This document shows positions 21,023 through 31,695 of a stretch of DNA of 64,000 nucleotides, piece by piece. Position numbers and translations under genes: made by a program. The first letter of the stretch is position 1, and the number at the start of each line of letters is the position of its first letter. The notes under the pieces are model-generated. The model made no database searches, was not told where the DNA came from, and saw only the letters and a program-made list of their open reading frames with translations. This DNA is from Minisyncoccota bacterium (GTDB lineage Bacteria > Patescibacteriota > Minisyncoccia > Phycocordibacterales > JABAAK01), in assembly GCA_958295675.1 (NCBI GenBank), contig OY282360.1, positions 594,026-658,025 on the forward strand. Direction: 5' to 3'.

Positions 21023-22726
21023 TCAGCATGCCTTCTCCCTCTTTAGAAGATCAACTTCTTCCTGAAACCGCCGGGCTTTTGAAAGAACAGCATCACAATA
21101 TTGTCTGGCAACCGCAGAACGCCAGTTGCTGCCGGCATAGTACCATCGTGCCGCTTTGCATTCATCCGACTCCGCACCAAGCTCTTTCAAATACAGACCG
21201 GAAGCAAAGAAAGCATCCCGGGGATTCCATGGATTTGAAGGAGATTCAGATCTGGTCTGTTGCCGTATCAAATCCCTATCACTGCGATACTGCCAGGGAC
21301 CGGAGTAAAAACTAATTTGATTAACAGCTGCGCGTGTTGACGGACCGACGCTGCCGGTACCCCGTGTATACCCGTACGGTCGCAGTATGCGCGATGCATA
21401 CCGTTCCTGAAATTTCTTAACGGCACCGGCAACCTCATCTGTGTATGTTGCCGTCTCTTTACCCGGACTGCTTGAACCGCTCTGCGCGATGGTGAAACCG
21501 TTTTGATTGAGAAACTTTTGGAGTCGCTTCACATCCGCACCTTTACTGCCAATCCGCAATGTATCTCTTGTTTTTATTAAATCACCATTAAACCCGCATG
21601 TACCGGTCTTAGTATTTACAAGACCGCCATAGCACACCCATGTTGACGGAATAAATTGCGCCGGTCCCATGGCACCGCCCCAACCAAATCCCGGATTTTT
21701 TGAAACGCGCAATTCATCCGGATCAAATCCGAACAACTTCGCGATATACGGAAATATCGGCTGATCACGAGTAGGATGCATATCAGTAAGATATGTACCG
21801 GTGCCGACATTCTTGCCGAGATCAGATTCATGTTTGATAAGTCCGAGCAGGAACGCAGTGCGGACACCTAACTTTCTTTGCACTTCTTCCGCTATAACAC
21901 ACGCAGAACCGAATGATATTGCTCCGCCTCCGCTGAGTTCAAACAAACGCGTCTGAATACGCGCGGCGCGTGTTTCATATTCATCAATCTGCTCCAGTGT
22001 TTTTTTCTCCACATGCAGCTGCTGCTCAAGCACAACTTCTTTTTGCTGCCTCTGATGTTTCACTTCATTCGCGGCAACCTGCTGCTGCTGCCGCACACGG
22101 CTTTGCTCCTGCCGCTTTGAAGCAAGATCATCAACACTCGCGGTCAGACGGAGTTTGAGATTATCAATGCTTTGTATAGAATCCTCCATTGTTTCACGCA
22201 GCGATGTGTATTCATTCGTTCTTGAAAAGAATGAAGAAATGGTCACATTGGATAACAACAAGTTCATAAAACCTTTTTGTTCAGCTTCGTTAATTCTCTG
22301 AAGAACTTCTCCGAGAAAATGCTGATGCTCCTCAATATCATTATTCAATTGATTCACGGTTTTTTCCTTGCTTGTGATTTCTTGACCGAGTTCTCCGATA
22401 ATCACATCACTGGAACGAATGCGAAGCAACGCTTTATTAATCTCCTGATCAATAAGCAGAATATCATACTCGGTGCTGGTTCTTTCCGCCTGATGTTTCT
22501 GCAGAACACGCTCGGTTTCTTCAATATGCTCCTGACAATTTTCCAACGCGCGTTCAAGAGCACTCCTATCCGATGCGTTCTTATCATCGTTAAGATCAAC
22601 AAAACATTCTTCTGCAAAAACAGTGTAAAAAAAGAATCCACACAGCAAACTAAAAACCAACAAAACGGTACCGCAAAGCGCAGCGATATTATGACACAGC
22701 GACCTCTTCTTCAGAAAGTTCGTCAT
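21023..22726 (-). CDS. Coiled-coil lytic murein transglycosylase with peptidoglycan-binding domain (start uncertain)
   Basis: Signal/anchor, long coiled coil, HES and GGAMGPAQFIPSTW...NPWNPRDA lysozyme-like motifs, LRIGSKGADVKRLQKFL..AVKKFQ PG-binding motif. Confidence 0.85.
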   Translation of the reverse strand: MTNFLKKRSLCHNIAALCGTVLLVFSLLCGFFFYTVFAEECFVDLNDDKNASDRSALERALENCQEHIEETERVLQKHQAERTSTEYDILLIDQEINKALLRIRSSDVIIGELGQEITSKEKTVNQLNNDIEEHQHFLGEVLQRINEAEQKGFMNLLLSNVTISSFFSRTNEYTSLRETMEDSIQSIDNLKLRLTASVDDLASKRQEQSRVRQQQQVAANEVKHQRQQKEVVLEQQLHVEKKTLEQIDEYETRAARIQTRLFELSGGGAISFGSACVIAEEVQRKLGVRTAFLLGLIKHESDLGKNVGTGTYLTDMHPTRDQPIFPYIAKLFGFDPDELRVSKNPGFGWGGAMGPAQFIPSTWVCYGGLVNTKTGTCGFNGDLIKTRDTLRIGSKGADVKRLQKFLNQNGFTIAQSGSSSPGKETATYTDEVAGAVKKFQERYASRILRPYGYTRGTGSVGPSTRAAVNQISFYSGPWQYRSDRDLIRQQTRSESPSNPWNPRDAFFASGLYLKELGAESDECKAARWYYAGSNWRSAVARQYCDAVLSKARRFQEEVDLLKREKAC

Positions 22727-23339
22727 CGGCTTTCTTTCCTCCTTTACCGGTGACCTCAATGTCTTCCATATATGACTCATTTATTTCTTCTTCATCCGCC
22801 TGAGATTTTTCAAGAATGGAAACCACAATCTCATCAGGACTTGTTACCAGTGTAACACCATTCGGAAGCAGTAAATCAGAAACCAAAAGGCGTGAACCGA
22901 TGGTTTTCAGCACGCTGACATCAGCATCTAACTGCGCGGGAATATTCTGCGGCAGAGCGCGAATACTCACCTTATCAAGCACCACAACCATCTGACCTTC
23001 ATCGATTTTCACACCGGGTGCTTCGCCGATTACCCGCACCGCCACCTCATGTTCCACCTCATGCGTCGCATCAACAAAAAGAAAGTCAGCATGCAGCGGC
23101 ATATCGGATACCGGATGAAAACTGATGTCCTGGAGAATAACCTGCTTGCCGGACATATCACCGTCCGTTTCAATAACAACCGAGCCGGATACGAGTGATT
23201 TCAAAAGAGATTGTGTGTCCACACTGTACAGCGCGGACGGCTCCCCCTTGCCGTAACAAGCAACGGGCGTCTGACCATCCCTGCGCAGAGCGGCAACTTT
23301 CTTACCGGTGACGGATCTTTTCAAAAAAGTGAGTTTCAT
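22689..23339 (-). CDS. rplY: 50S ribosomal protein L25 (Ctc type)
   Basis: LRRDGQTPVACYG and FHPVSDMPLHADF motifs. Confidence 0.94.
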   Translation of the reverse strand: MKLTFLKRSVTGKKVAALRRDGQTPVACYGKGEPSALYSVDTQSLLKSLVSGSVVIETDGDMSGKQVILQDISFHPVSDMPLHADFLFVDATHEVEHEVAVRVIGEAPGVKIDEGQMVVVLDKVSIRALPQNIPAQLDADVSVLKTIGSRLLVSDLLLPNGVTLVTSPDEIVVSILEKSQADEEEINESYMEDIEVTGKGGKKADDELSEEEVAVS

Positions 23340-23341
23340 GG

Positions 23342-23500
23342 TTATTTTTTTGTCTCCTTGTACTTCGTATGCTTTCTGATCTTCGGATTATACTTCATCA
23401 ACTCAAGCGCATCAGGATTTTGCTTTTTATTTTTCCTGGTAACATAACTTATCTCACCGGTTTCGGTACACTTCATTTTCACAATATGATCTTGTGACAT
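23342..23500 (-). CDS. rpmG: 50S ribosomal protein L33
   Basis: Manual translation MSQDHIVKMKCTETGEISYVTRKNKKQNPDALELMKYNPKIRKHTKYKETKK (below the ORF-track cutoff). Confidence 0.95.
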   Translation of the reverse strand: MSQDHIVKMKCTETGEISYVTRKNKKQNPDALELMKYNPKIRKHTKYKETKK

Positions 23501-23856
23501 ATATACCAGTGTAGCACAAAAGAACTATAGGTGCCAATGTACCCTTTATGTTGATACACAGAAAAATGAGGAGCAACGCCTGGGACAACGATTACTCTGC
23601 CCAGTTGAGCAAGTGACTGATTAACCGAAACCAACCTATTCCTCTCTTCCTCATTTGGCACCTCATACACTGCTCTCAGATTATTGGCACCGGCTGCATG
23701 TATGAATGTAAGAATATCAACACTGCTGACATCATTTCTGTCAGTAAAATTCACATCAACACACGCACCGTCAAAATGACATGATGCTCTATGTTGTATA
23801 GTGGGCGGCCACGATTCAGTAATTCTCCAATCACGAACCTCATCATTACTACTCAA
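23479..23856 (-). CDS. Peptidase M15-like (LAS family) zinc domain, possibly the split C-terminus of the upstream pilin
   Basis: SCHFDGACVD fits SxHxxGxAxD and PHFSV supplies a distal His; TTG start overlaps the pilin TGA. Confidence 0.55.
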   Translation of the reverse strand: MSSNDEVRDWRITESWPPTIQHRASCHFDGACVDVNFTDRNDVSSVDILTFIHAAGANNLRAVYEVPNEEERNRLVSVNQSLAQLGRVIVVPGVAPHFSVYQHKGYIGTYSSFVLHWYICHKIIL

Positions 23857-24332
23857 GGATCTGCAGTCGTGGTAGACGGTTCAGGTACACTAAATGGAGA
23901 TCCATACCTATACCCAAGAGCAGCGAACGCAAATTTGACAATCAACCACGCACTAAGTACAAGAATAAGACCGAATGCTGACCATCCTATATGCTTTTTT
24001 GCCGCACTCGTCACCGCTTCAGGACCGCCCCAAAATACATTAATCGACATTCTTACACCGCTCCAGACGATGACAAGAACAAAACCGATTGTAGCAAACC
24101 AAATGATCACTTTTAAAATTTTATTCGCCAAAGTAAATAGGTGAGATATTTTGCACCCGTCCCCGTCGTTCTGCCCGGGAAAACCACAATCAACGACAAG
24201 ACCTTCACCCTCAGACGGAATAGGGTCAATGGCATCCGACGGCAGCGCAGACAAAATAGGTGTGCTAAAAAACAATGAAACGAAGCACAATAGTACGATA
24301 GAATAAATAAAAAGGTAACATTTCCGAATCAT
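23853..24332 (-). CDS. VirB2/TrbC-like pilin
   Basis: Signal peptide, Cys pair, two hydrophobic helices with AKKHIGWSAFGLILVLSAWLIV. Confidence 0.75.
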   Translation of the reverse strand: MIRKCYLFIYSIVLLCFVSLFFSTPILSALPSDAIDPIPSEGEGLVVDCGFPGQNDGDGCKISHLFTLANKILKVIIWFATIGFVLVIVWSGVRMSINVFWGGPEAVTSAAKKHIGWSAFGLILVLSAWLIVKFAFAALGYRYGSPFSVPEPSTTTADP

Positions 24333-24404
24333 ATATACTATATTGTACAGTAAAAAAATAAACTGATGTCCGCTATTTCTCGGTCGTGGTATACTTTGCG
24401 TATT

Positions 24405-24487
24405 GCGTCGGTGGCAGAGTGGTCAATTGCAACGGACTGTAAATCCGTCGCCGAAAGGCTACGCAGGTTCGAATCCTGCCCGGCGCA
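24405..24487 (+). tRNA. tRNA-Tyr(GTA)
   Basis: ACGGA-CTGTAAA-TCCGT anticodon arm, long variable arm, GGTTCGAATCC. Confidence 0.95.
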
Positions 24488-24768
24488 CCGTACAAGAATT
24501 ATTGGGAGTGGATGTATTTATACTATCATCGTACAAACATCCTTTCGTATGCAGATTACTGCATAGACCGCCATAGAGAGATTTCCGTGCCGTTCGGTGA
24601 AATAATATCAGTGCAGTGCAACGAGAGAGAAATCAATGAACGAATATGTCCCCTTATGTAAAGTATTTTTTGAATTCATACGCTACATCCTGAAGAAACA
24701 CAGCACACCACGCATCAAATATATAAAAGAAAATAGAAAGACGGAAACAGGAAAACAAATATCACACG

Positions 24769-27465
24769 CTACACTGCAACCTGTTCTTTTCTTTTTCTCT
24801 TTGTTGACACTTTCCGCTGTTTCGAAACAGAAAAAGTATATGCATTATCTTTAACAGCAATGGTGACCATAGCACCGTCCTTGACATTGCCCTCAATAAT
24901 TGCGTTGGCAAGCGGGTTGAGTATATCGGTTTGAATCTTTCTGCGGAGCGGACGCGCACCGTATTTCGTATCATATCCCTCTTTACTGAGTTTTTCAAAA
25001 ACTCTTCTGTCAATGTGCGCGGTAATCCCCTTATCAGACAATTGACCAATTGCTTCATTGATAAGAATAGAAACAACTTTTCTGATATTTTGCTGATCAA
25101 GTGGTTTAAACACGATCACTTCATCAAGCCGATTCAAAAACTCCGGTCTGAATGACTTCTGCAACTCATCCATTACTTTGTCGCGCACCTCATCATACTG
25201 TTTCTGTTTTTCTTCCGACTTTTTCATCGAATCCTCAAAACCGATTTGATTCATGGAAACTAACTGCTCGGAACCGATATTTGAAGTGAGGATGATAACA
25301 ACATTCTTAAAATTGACCACTCGCCCTTTACTGTCGGTAAGCCGTCCGTCATCAAGCACTTGCAGAAGAATATTAAACACATCAGGATGCGCTTTCTCCA
25401 CCTCATCAAAAAGTACTATAGAATACGGACGATGGCGAACTGACTCCGTCAACTTCCCTGCCTCCTCATAACCCACATATCCTGGAGGGGCACCGATGAG
25501 TTTTGAAACTGTGTGCCGTTCCATATACTCCGACATATCAAAACGCACTAACGCTTTTTCACTGTCAAACATATACTGAGCCAACTGTTTGGCAAGTTCG
25601 GTCTTTCCGACACCGGTCGGACCGAGAAAAAGAAATGAACCGACAGGTCGATCAGGGTTGGCAATACCCGCCCGCGACCGTTTGATTGCATTCGCGATTT
25701 TATGTATTGATTCATCCTGACCGACAATCTGTTTTTTGAGTTCACTTTCCATTCTGGTCAGTTTCTGTGCCTCACTCTCAAGCATACGGATTGCCGGAAT
25801 ACCTGTCCATCTGGAGATAACCTGCGCTATATCCTCCTCCGATATCTCTTCACGCAGTATTTTCCTGGTTTTTTGCAGGCGTTTTAGGCGCGTTTGTTCC
25901 CGTTTAAATTGGTTTTCAAGACGAGGAATCTCCTTGTACCGAATTTCAGCCGCCTTCGTGAAATCAGCTCTGCTTTCCGCTTCCTCACCCTGATAACGCA
26001 CTGATTCAAGCTCCTGTTGAAGTGTTTTTATTTTACCGATGGTCTCTTTTTCATTCTTCCAGCGCATTTCCAGTTCCCTGCTCTTTTCCTTTACATCGGC
26101 AATCTCTTTTTCCAAATCGGTTATTCGCTTTTTTATTTTCTCATCTTTAATAGTGCTATAGTCCTTCCTCACCGCTTCAAGCTCTATCTCTAATTGCATA
26201 ACTTTACGATGCGCATTATCCAACTCCGGCGGCTTATTTTCAAGCGATACACGAATAAGTGATGCGGCTTCATCCACAAGATCAATCGCCTTATCCGGAA
26301 GATACCGTTCCGTGATGTACCTGCTGGAAAGATGTGCAGCCGCGACAATAGCCGCATCGGTGATGCGAACACCGTGATACACTTCATAACGCTCCCGCAA
26401 ACCGCGAAGAATGGAAATTGCATCCTCAACGGATGGTTCTGAAACATACACCGGCTGAAACCGTCTAGTAAGCGCGCCGTCTTTTTCAATATGTTGCTGA
26501 TATTCTTTCAGTGTTGTCGCCCCGATCATGCGCATTTGTCCGCGCGCAAGTGCCGGTTTTAAAATGTTCGCGGCATCCACAGTCCCCTCAGCACTGCCGG
26601 CACCGATTAGGGTGTGAATCTCATCAACGAATAAAATATATGCATCACTTGCATCCTCAACTTCCTTCATTACTTTCTTAAGACGATCCTCAAATTCGCC
26701 GCGGAATTTGGTGCCGGCAAGCATAGAGACGATATCAAGAGCGTACAGTTCCTTGTCGCGCATTGATTCCGGCACATCGCCGGACACAATGCGCTGCGCC
26801 AAACCCTCGCCAATTGCCGTCTTTCCTGTGCCGGCTTCACCGATAAGGATGGGGTTATTTTTTGTGCGTCGGGATAAAATCTGAATGACACGGTTGGTCT
26901 CTTCATCTCTCCCTATTACCGGATCCAACTTATTCTCCCGGGCGGTCTGTGTCAAATTATGCCCGTATTTTTCTAAATTCTTCGCCTTTTGCGCTCCACC
27001 ACGGCGCTGCCCTTCCTCGCGCAGCTCGATAATCGTCCTGAACACCTCCTTTGCACTTAGTTCATATTCAGCAATGACACTGCGTAATATACCCGGCTTC
27101 TCAAGAATAGAAAGAAACAGGTGTTCCGTTGAGATGTGCGTATCCTTCATCGCCCTGGCAATCTTGCCGGCGTGCTCCAATACAATCGCCAATTCCGGTG
27201 TTGTATACAGTTGCACAACAGGTGAACCGTCAACATCAAATGAAGACGCGCGGGCTTCCAAAAGACCAATGGCTCTGTTATACAGTGAATCGGGATCAAT
27301 GGAAAGTTTCTGTAACACCGGCTGCACGAGCCCGTCTTCCTGACCAATCAGTGCCGCAAACAGGTGTACCGGACTTATATTCTGATGTCCGTGTTCAACA
27401 GCGTGTTCCTGCGCCATTCGGAACGCTTCTTTCGCGCGTGCGGTTAGTTGTTGAAACGGAGACAT
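24769..27465 (-). CDS. clpB: ATP-dependent chaperone ClpB
   Basis: Clp N domain, two AAA+ modules ([16 protein letters not shown]), long coiled-coil M domain. Confidence 0.95.
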   Translation of the reverse strand: MSPFQQLTARAKEAFRMAQEHAVEHGHQNISPVHLFAALIGQEDGLVQPVLQKLSIDPDSLYNRAIGLLEARASSFDVDGSPVVQLYTTPELAIVLEHAGKIARAMKDTHISTEHLFLSILEKPGILRSVIAEYELSAKEVFRTIIELREEGQRRGGAQKAKNLEKYGHNLTQTARENKLDPVIGRDEETNRVIQILSRRTKNNPILIGEAGTGKTAIGEGLAQRIVSGDVPESMRDKELYALDIVSMLAGTKFRGEFEDRLKKVMKEVEDASDAYILFVDEIHTLIGAGSAEGTVDAANILKPALARGQMRMIGATTLKEYQQHIEKDGALTRRFQPVYVSEPSVEDAISILRGLRERYEVYHGVRITDAAIVAAAHLSSRYITERYLPDKAIDLVDEAASLIRVSLENKPPELDNAHRKVMQLEIELEAVRKDYSTIKDEKIKKRITDLEKEIADVKEKSRELEMRWKNEKETIGKIKTLQQELESVRYQGEEAESRADFTKAAEIRYKEIPRLENQFKREQTRLKRLQKTRKILREEISEEDIAQVISRWTGIPAIRMLESEAQKLTRMESELKKQIVGQDESIHKIANAIKRSRAGIANPDRPVGSFLFLGPTGVGKTELAKQLAQYMFDSEKALVRFDMSEYMERHTVSKLIGAPPGYVGYEEAGKLTESVRHRPYSIVLFDEVEKAHPDVFNILLQVLDDGRLTDSKGRVVNFKNVVIILTSNIGSEQLVSMNQIGFEDSMKKSEEKQKQYDEVRDKVMDELQKSFRPEFLNRLDEVIVFKPLDQQNIRKVVSILINEAIGQLSDKGITAHIDRRVFEKLSKEGYDTKYGARPLRRKIQTDILNPLANAIIEGNVKDGAMVTIAVKDNAYTFSVSKQRKVSTKRKRKEQVAV

Positions 27466-27573
27466 GCAAGTATAGTACCATACACCATAATTGGATTCAA
27501 TCTATATCCGCACATATTGCAAAAAATTCAAATAATTGCATAAAAAAATATGTTCGGTGCAGTGTACAGAAAA

Positions 27574-28419
27574 CTACAATGATATCGGCGGGAGAGTATC
27601 CTGTACGCGTGTTTCCGGCACATTGTTTTCCGTCACTTCTTCTGCCGTTTCAAACTCTTCTCCCTCGTCTTCTCCGACAGTAAACAGAGCGGCATCAACA
27701 ATCGGTATCCAACCGGTATAGTCGCTCATAAAACCGGCGAGGCGCGTGCCGACGAATACCACAGACGGCAGCACGGTTTCAGAAATCGGAACAGCAGTGT
27801 ACACCCGCACAGTGCCGTCGGCATCGGTTTGCTTCTGTGAAACAATCTCACGGTGCAAACGCGCATCTTCCCCGAATCCGCCGAAGATAAGAACGGGTTC
27901 GCCGAGCGGCACATCCGCAACGCTACCATCAAAAGGAATATGCATAACCGGTGTATATTCCTCTTCAAAAGGTGTAAGAAGTGTATAGTGCATGCCGCGA
28001 TTCAACACTGCAAAAGGCACAAATGCTTCCTCTCGTTTCACATTATAACGCCGTTCCGTAAGAAGCCGTCCGGGCACAAGCAACATACCTTCAGAAGAAA
28101 CAAAAATACCGACAGAAACCGGACGGGAACCGTGATACACCTGTACCAATGACTGTCCGACGGCATCAAGTGTTATCTGGTCAGTACTGGCTACTGATGT
28201 CTCACTTGGTGACGGAGGAACAACAGGTGTTGTATCCCGTTCAATAATTCTATTGATGGTCTGCTGAATAATAGTGGGCTGCGATGAATCCCCGCGCGCG
28301 AACAACAGCCGCTCATGCACAAGAGAAAGCGTGCTGATAGCGGTTGCCGCGCTCACAACAAGAGTTATGAGCAGCACCAAAAGAATAAGCTGAGAATTAC
28401 TCAAGTTATCAATCTTCAT
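27574..28419 (-). CDS. Membrane-anchored protein with a degenerate trypsin-like fold
   Basis: N-terminal TM segment; SVGIFVSSEGMLLV and VPLGEPVLIFG resemble S1C protease strands, but no catalytic His or GxSG. Confidence 0.55.
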   Translation of the reverse strand: MKIDNLSNSQLILLVLLITLVVSAATAISTLSLVHERLLFARGDSSQPTIIQQTINRIIERDTTPVVPPSPSETSVASTDQITLDAVGQSLVQVYHGSRPVSVGIFVSSEGMLLVPGRLLTERRYNVKREEAFVPFAVLNRGMHYTLLTPFEEEYTPVMHIPFDGSVADVPLGEPVLIFGGFGEDARLHREIVSQKQTDADGTVRVYTAVPISETVLPSVVFVGTRLAGFMSDYTGWIPIVDAALFTVGEDEGEEFETAEEVTENNVPETRVQDTLPPISL

Positions 28420-28479
28420 ACATACAACAGTATACTATAACTTCCTGAAGAGAAATCGCATTATAGATGAACAAACATA

Positions 28480-29658
28480 CTACCGGGAAACACACGCGAG
28501 CGGAAGATGTTTTCGTATACAACGCGCCAATGCGCGCGCATCACCAGCTGTCGCGGTCGGCAGCACACCGATGCGAAGTGCTTCATCTGTCTGTTCAGCA
28601 CAGGCAGTGGCGGTAGAAACTGCGAAACCGTCCGCATCAAGCAGTGCCGCCAGATACATATGATTGGTGTTCGCAAACGATATATACATCAGATGCGGCG
28701 CGAAAGAACTCAAGTCAGCATTGACAGCATCACGCGCGTTCATTGCAATACCATGTACATACGCATCAGGAGCAAACTCAATAATTGAGTGCAGTACCGA
28801 ATCACGCACATGCCTCGCCCGACAACACACCTCTTCCCGATTTCCGTACATCCTATGCAGAGCGGCTGTGAAACCGCATATAAGCGCAACAGAGGGCGTA
28901 CCGGGACGAATATCCCATATACTGTGTTCTCCCGAAAAACCGGCATATCTGCCAGATCCGGGCAGCAGCAGCGCACCGACACCTTGCGGACCGAACAGCT
29001 TCGCGCTGTCCACGGTCACCGCATCAGCGCGAAGCGACATCGGTGAACAGTCAAAATACACCGATGCCTGTGCCGCATCTGTATGCACAAAAAGCGATGG
29101 TTGACGAACTCTGCATGCGTCAGCAATCCGTCCGACTGGCTGCACAGATCCGTGCTGACTGTTCACATATTGCAGCGAAAGAAAAACTGTGTTTTTCCTT
29201 ATACACCGAACAACATCGTCAGGTGTGTATAACACACCCGATGCTGATGGTTTTGCAACCGTATATGAGACACCGAGCGCGCTGAAATACAACGCGCTTT
29301 TATGAACCGAACTGTGCTCCTCATGTCCGATGACAATATGTATATCAGAAAGCGCGATCCCCTTTCTCAGTGCACGCAGTACCGCGATACGCATCGCTGT
29401 TATATTCGCCTCTGTTGCGCCGGAAAGAAATATCACATCGCACGCTTTAACCTTGTACAATTCCGCTGCTATCTTTCTCGAACGATCAAGATAGCCCTGC
29501 GCTCGTCTGCCGAACGCATGCGCTGAAACAGGATTACCGGAACGGCAGACGGATTGTTCCCGCAAAACTTTTTCCATAGCAATGCGGGCATCTCTGCAGA
29601 CAGGCGTAAATGAACCGGAATCAAAGTAGCGCGCACTTTTGTCCCGAAAAAATGACAT
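28480..29658 (-). CDS. Cysteine desulfurase family (class V aminotransferase), start uncertain
   Basis: GNPVSAH, SGATEAN, HTDAAQ, DSAKLFGPQGVG, RPGT and STATAC motifs. Confidence 0.88.
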   Translation of the reverse strand: MSFFRDKSARYFDSGSFTPVCRDARIAMEKVLREQSVCRSGNPVSAHAFGRRAQGYLDRSRKIAAELYKVKACDVIFLSGATEANITAMRIAVLRALRKGIALSDIHIVIGHEEHSSVHKSALYFSALGVSYTVAKPSASGVLYTPDDVVRCIRKNTVFLSLQYVNSQHGSVQPVGRIADACRVRQPSLFVHTDAAQASVYFDCSPMSLRADAVTVDSAKLFGPQGVGALLLPGSGRYAGFSGEHSIWDIRPGTPSVALICGFTAALHRMYGNREEVCCRARHVRDSVLHSIIEFAPDAYVHGIAMNARDAVNADLSSFAPHLMYISFANTNHMYLAALLDADGFAVSTATACAEQTDEALRIGVLPTATAGDARALARCIRKHLPLACVSR

Positions 29659-29737
29659 GACATGCATCATGGTATCACAGAACGATACCATTTCTAATTT
29701 GTTAGATGAGATACTTTTGTATATACTACAAAACTAT

Positions 29738-31228
29738 ATGGCACATACACGACCGCCGATTATCACTGTCGTCGGACACATAGATCACGGCAAATCAAAA
29801 CTGCAACACGCTCTGAGAAATATGGACATTCAGGCAGCGGAAGCGGGCAACATCACCCAGCACATCGGCGCATACGAACTCAATGCGCAATACGAAGGCA
29901 TGCCACGCAGAGCAACCATAATTGACACCCCGGGACATGAAGCATTCTCACACATACGCAAACACGGTCTTGAAATCGCTGATATAGCTCTGTTGGTCAT
30001 TTCCTCCGAAGAAGGATGGAAAGAGCAAACCAAAGAAGCGCATCGGCTTATAGAAAAAGCAAACCTGCCGTATATTGTGGTATTCACAAAAATTGACACG
30101 GACCGCGCAAATATTGAACGCGCAAAACAAAGTGTGCTGCAGAACAACATTCTGCTTGAAGGACTCGGCGGTTCAGTGCCATGGACTGCTGTATCATCAG
30201 TTACCAATGAAGGTATAGCGGATCTTGTTGAACTCATATTCCTCACCACGGATGTCTATGAAATCATTGAAGACAGAAAGGACGGATCAGTCGGCATATT
30301 GATTGAAGCGGATATTGATCCAAAAATAGGAATAGCAGGAACAGTGATAGTACTGCAGGACACATTGGAAACAAACAAATATGTCCGTATCGGCGGCAGC
30401 ATCGCCCCGCTCAGAATTATGAAAGACGACTGGGGAAACACCAAAACATCGGTCACACCGTCAACACCGGTACGAATAATCGGTTTTGACAGCATACCGC
30501 CGATAGGAGAACCAGTATTCCTGTACGAAACAAAAAAAGAGGCATTGGAAGACGCAAAAAAAATCCAACCGGCGCAAAGCCATAACAATGAAACAGGACA
30601 CAAAGACAGAAACATACATCTCGTACTGCGGTCCGACACAGCATCGGGCCTCTCATCAATTGAACATGCCATTACCGGTGTTGCTGTTGAGGGTATATCG
30701 TTCATTATTGTGAAAAAAGAGGTCGGCAATATAACCGAAGAGGATATGCGACTCGCGCTGGCTCAGGACGGCGGACAGGTTGTCGGCTTTCACACCTCTG
30801 CTGATCAGCGCGCGAAACAATTCGCCGAAAGAAACGGCATGACTGTCAATATTTTTTCCACTATCTATGAATTAATTGATTGGGCGACCGCAACATCACA
30901 GGAAAAAAAGGAGGTGTATGAAGAAGCAAACCCGACCGGCAGCGCAACCGTTATCCGAATCTTTGAAGAACAACCGGCGCAAAGTATATACATAATCGGT
31001 GCGCAGATAATAAAAGGGAGATTTACTGTGAACCAAAATATCATCACACGGAGAAACGGTAATGCTGTCGGACGATTTACCATTGAATCTATAGAACAAC
31101 GAAATGCGGCACAGGAAGAAGTGTCCGGAGAAAAAACACAGTTCGCAATGCGTATCAAAGGAAACGGCTCAATAATAGCACAGGACACTATTTTCGCGCT
31201 GCCGAATATGATGAAAAACAGCGTATGA
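29738..31228 (+). CDS. infB: Translation initiation factor IF-2 (no N-terminal domain)
   Basis: RPPIITVVGHIDHGKS, ITQHIGAY and DTPGHEAF motifs. Confidence 0.94.
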   Translation: MAHTRPPIITVVGHIDHGKSKLQHALRNMDIQAAEAGNITQHIGAYELNAQYEGMPRRATIIDTPGHEAFSHIRKHGLEIADIALLVISSEEGWKEQTKEAHRLIEKANLPYIVVFTKIDTDRANIERAKQSVLQNNILLEGLGGSVPWTAVSSVTNEGIADLVELIFLTTDVYEIIEDRKDGSVGILIEADIDPKIGIAGTVIVLQDTLETNKYVRIGGSIAPLRIMKDDWGNTKTSVTPSTPVRIIGFDSIPPIGEPVFLYETKKEALEDAKKIQPAQSHNNETGHKDRNIHLVLRSDTASGLSSIEHAITGVAVEGISFIIVKKEVGNITEEDMRLALAQDGGQVVGFHTSADQRAKQFAERNGMTVNIFSTIYELIDWATATSQEKKEVYEEANPTGSATVIRIFEEQPAQSIYIIGAQIIKGRFTVNQNIITRRNGNAVGRFTIESIEQRNAAQEEVSGEKTQFAMRIKGNGSIIAQDTIFALPNMMKNSV

Positions 31229-31554
31229 ACTTCACACATGAACAACAGAATACAATTCGCGAAGGACGACTTGCATCGCTCCTCAGAGAAACCGTATCAC
31301 ATTTTCTCCAGGGAACAGCAAACAAAAGTTCGTTTATCACAATCTCCTACATTCATATGAACAAATCAGGACATACAGCAGTCGTACATTGTTCTGTTTT
31401 CCCTGAAGAGCGACAAAATGAAGCGATGTCCTTTCTTAAAAGACAAGAAAATGCTTGTCGTGATTATATTCGAAAAAATACCTCGCTGCGCGTCATACCG
31501 ACAATCCGTTTTGAACTGGCAAAAGGAATGAATATAATGGCACACTATGAGTAG
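31225..31554 (+). CDS. rbfA: Ribosome-binding factor A
   Basis: Follows infB; LRVIPTIRF C-terminal motif. Confidence 0.82.
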   Translation: MNFTHEQQNTIREGRLASLLRETVSHFLQGTANKSSFITISYIHMNKSGHTAVVHCSVFPEERQNEAMSFLKRQENACRDYIRKNTSLRVIPTIRFELAKGMNIMAHYE

Positions 31555-31582
31555 CGACGGCACGACAATGAGTGCCGGACGC

Positions 31583-31654
<72 letters not shown>

Positions 31655-31695
31655 CAACATACTCCGCATAGACACTAATACCGTATACTTACAAT

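Noticed and set aside
24490-24854. ORF 24636..24854 or integration scar after tRNA-Tyr
   Set aside because: Overlaps the clpB 3' end, has no motifs, and no tRNA 3' duplication was found.
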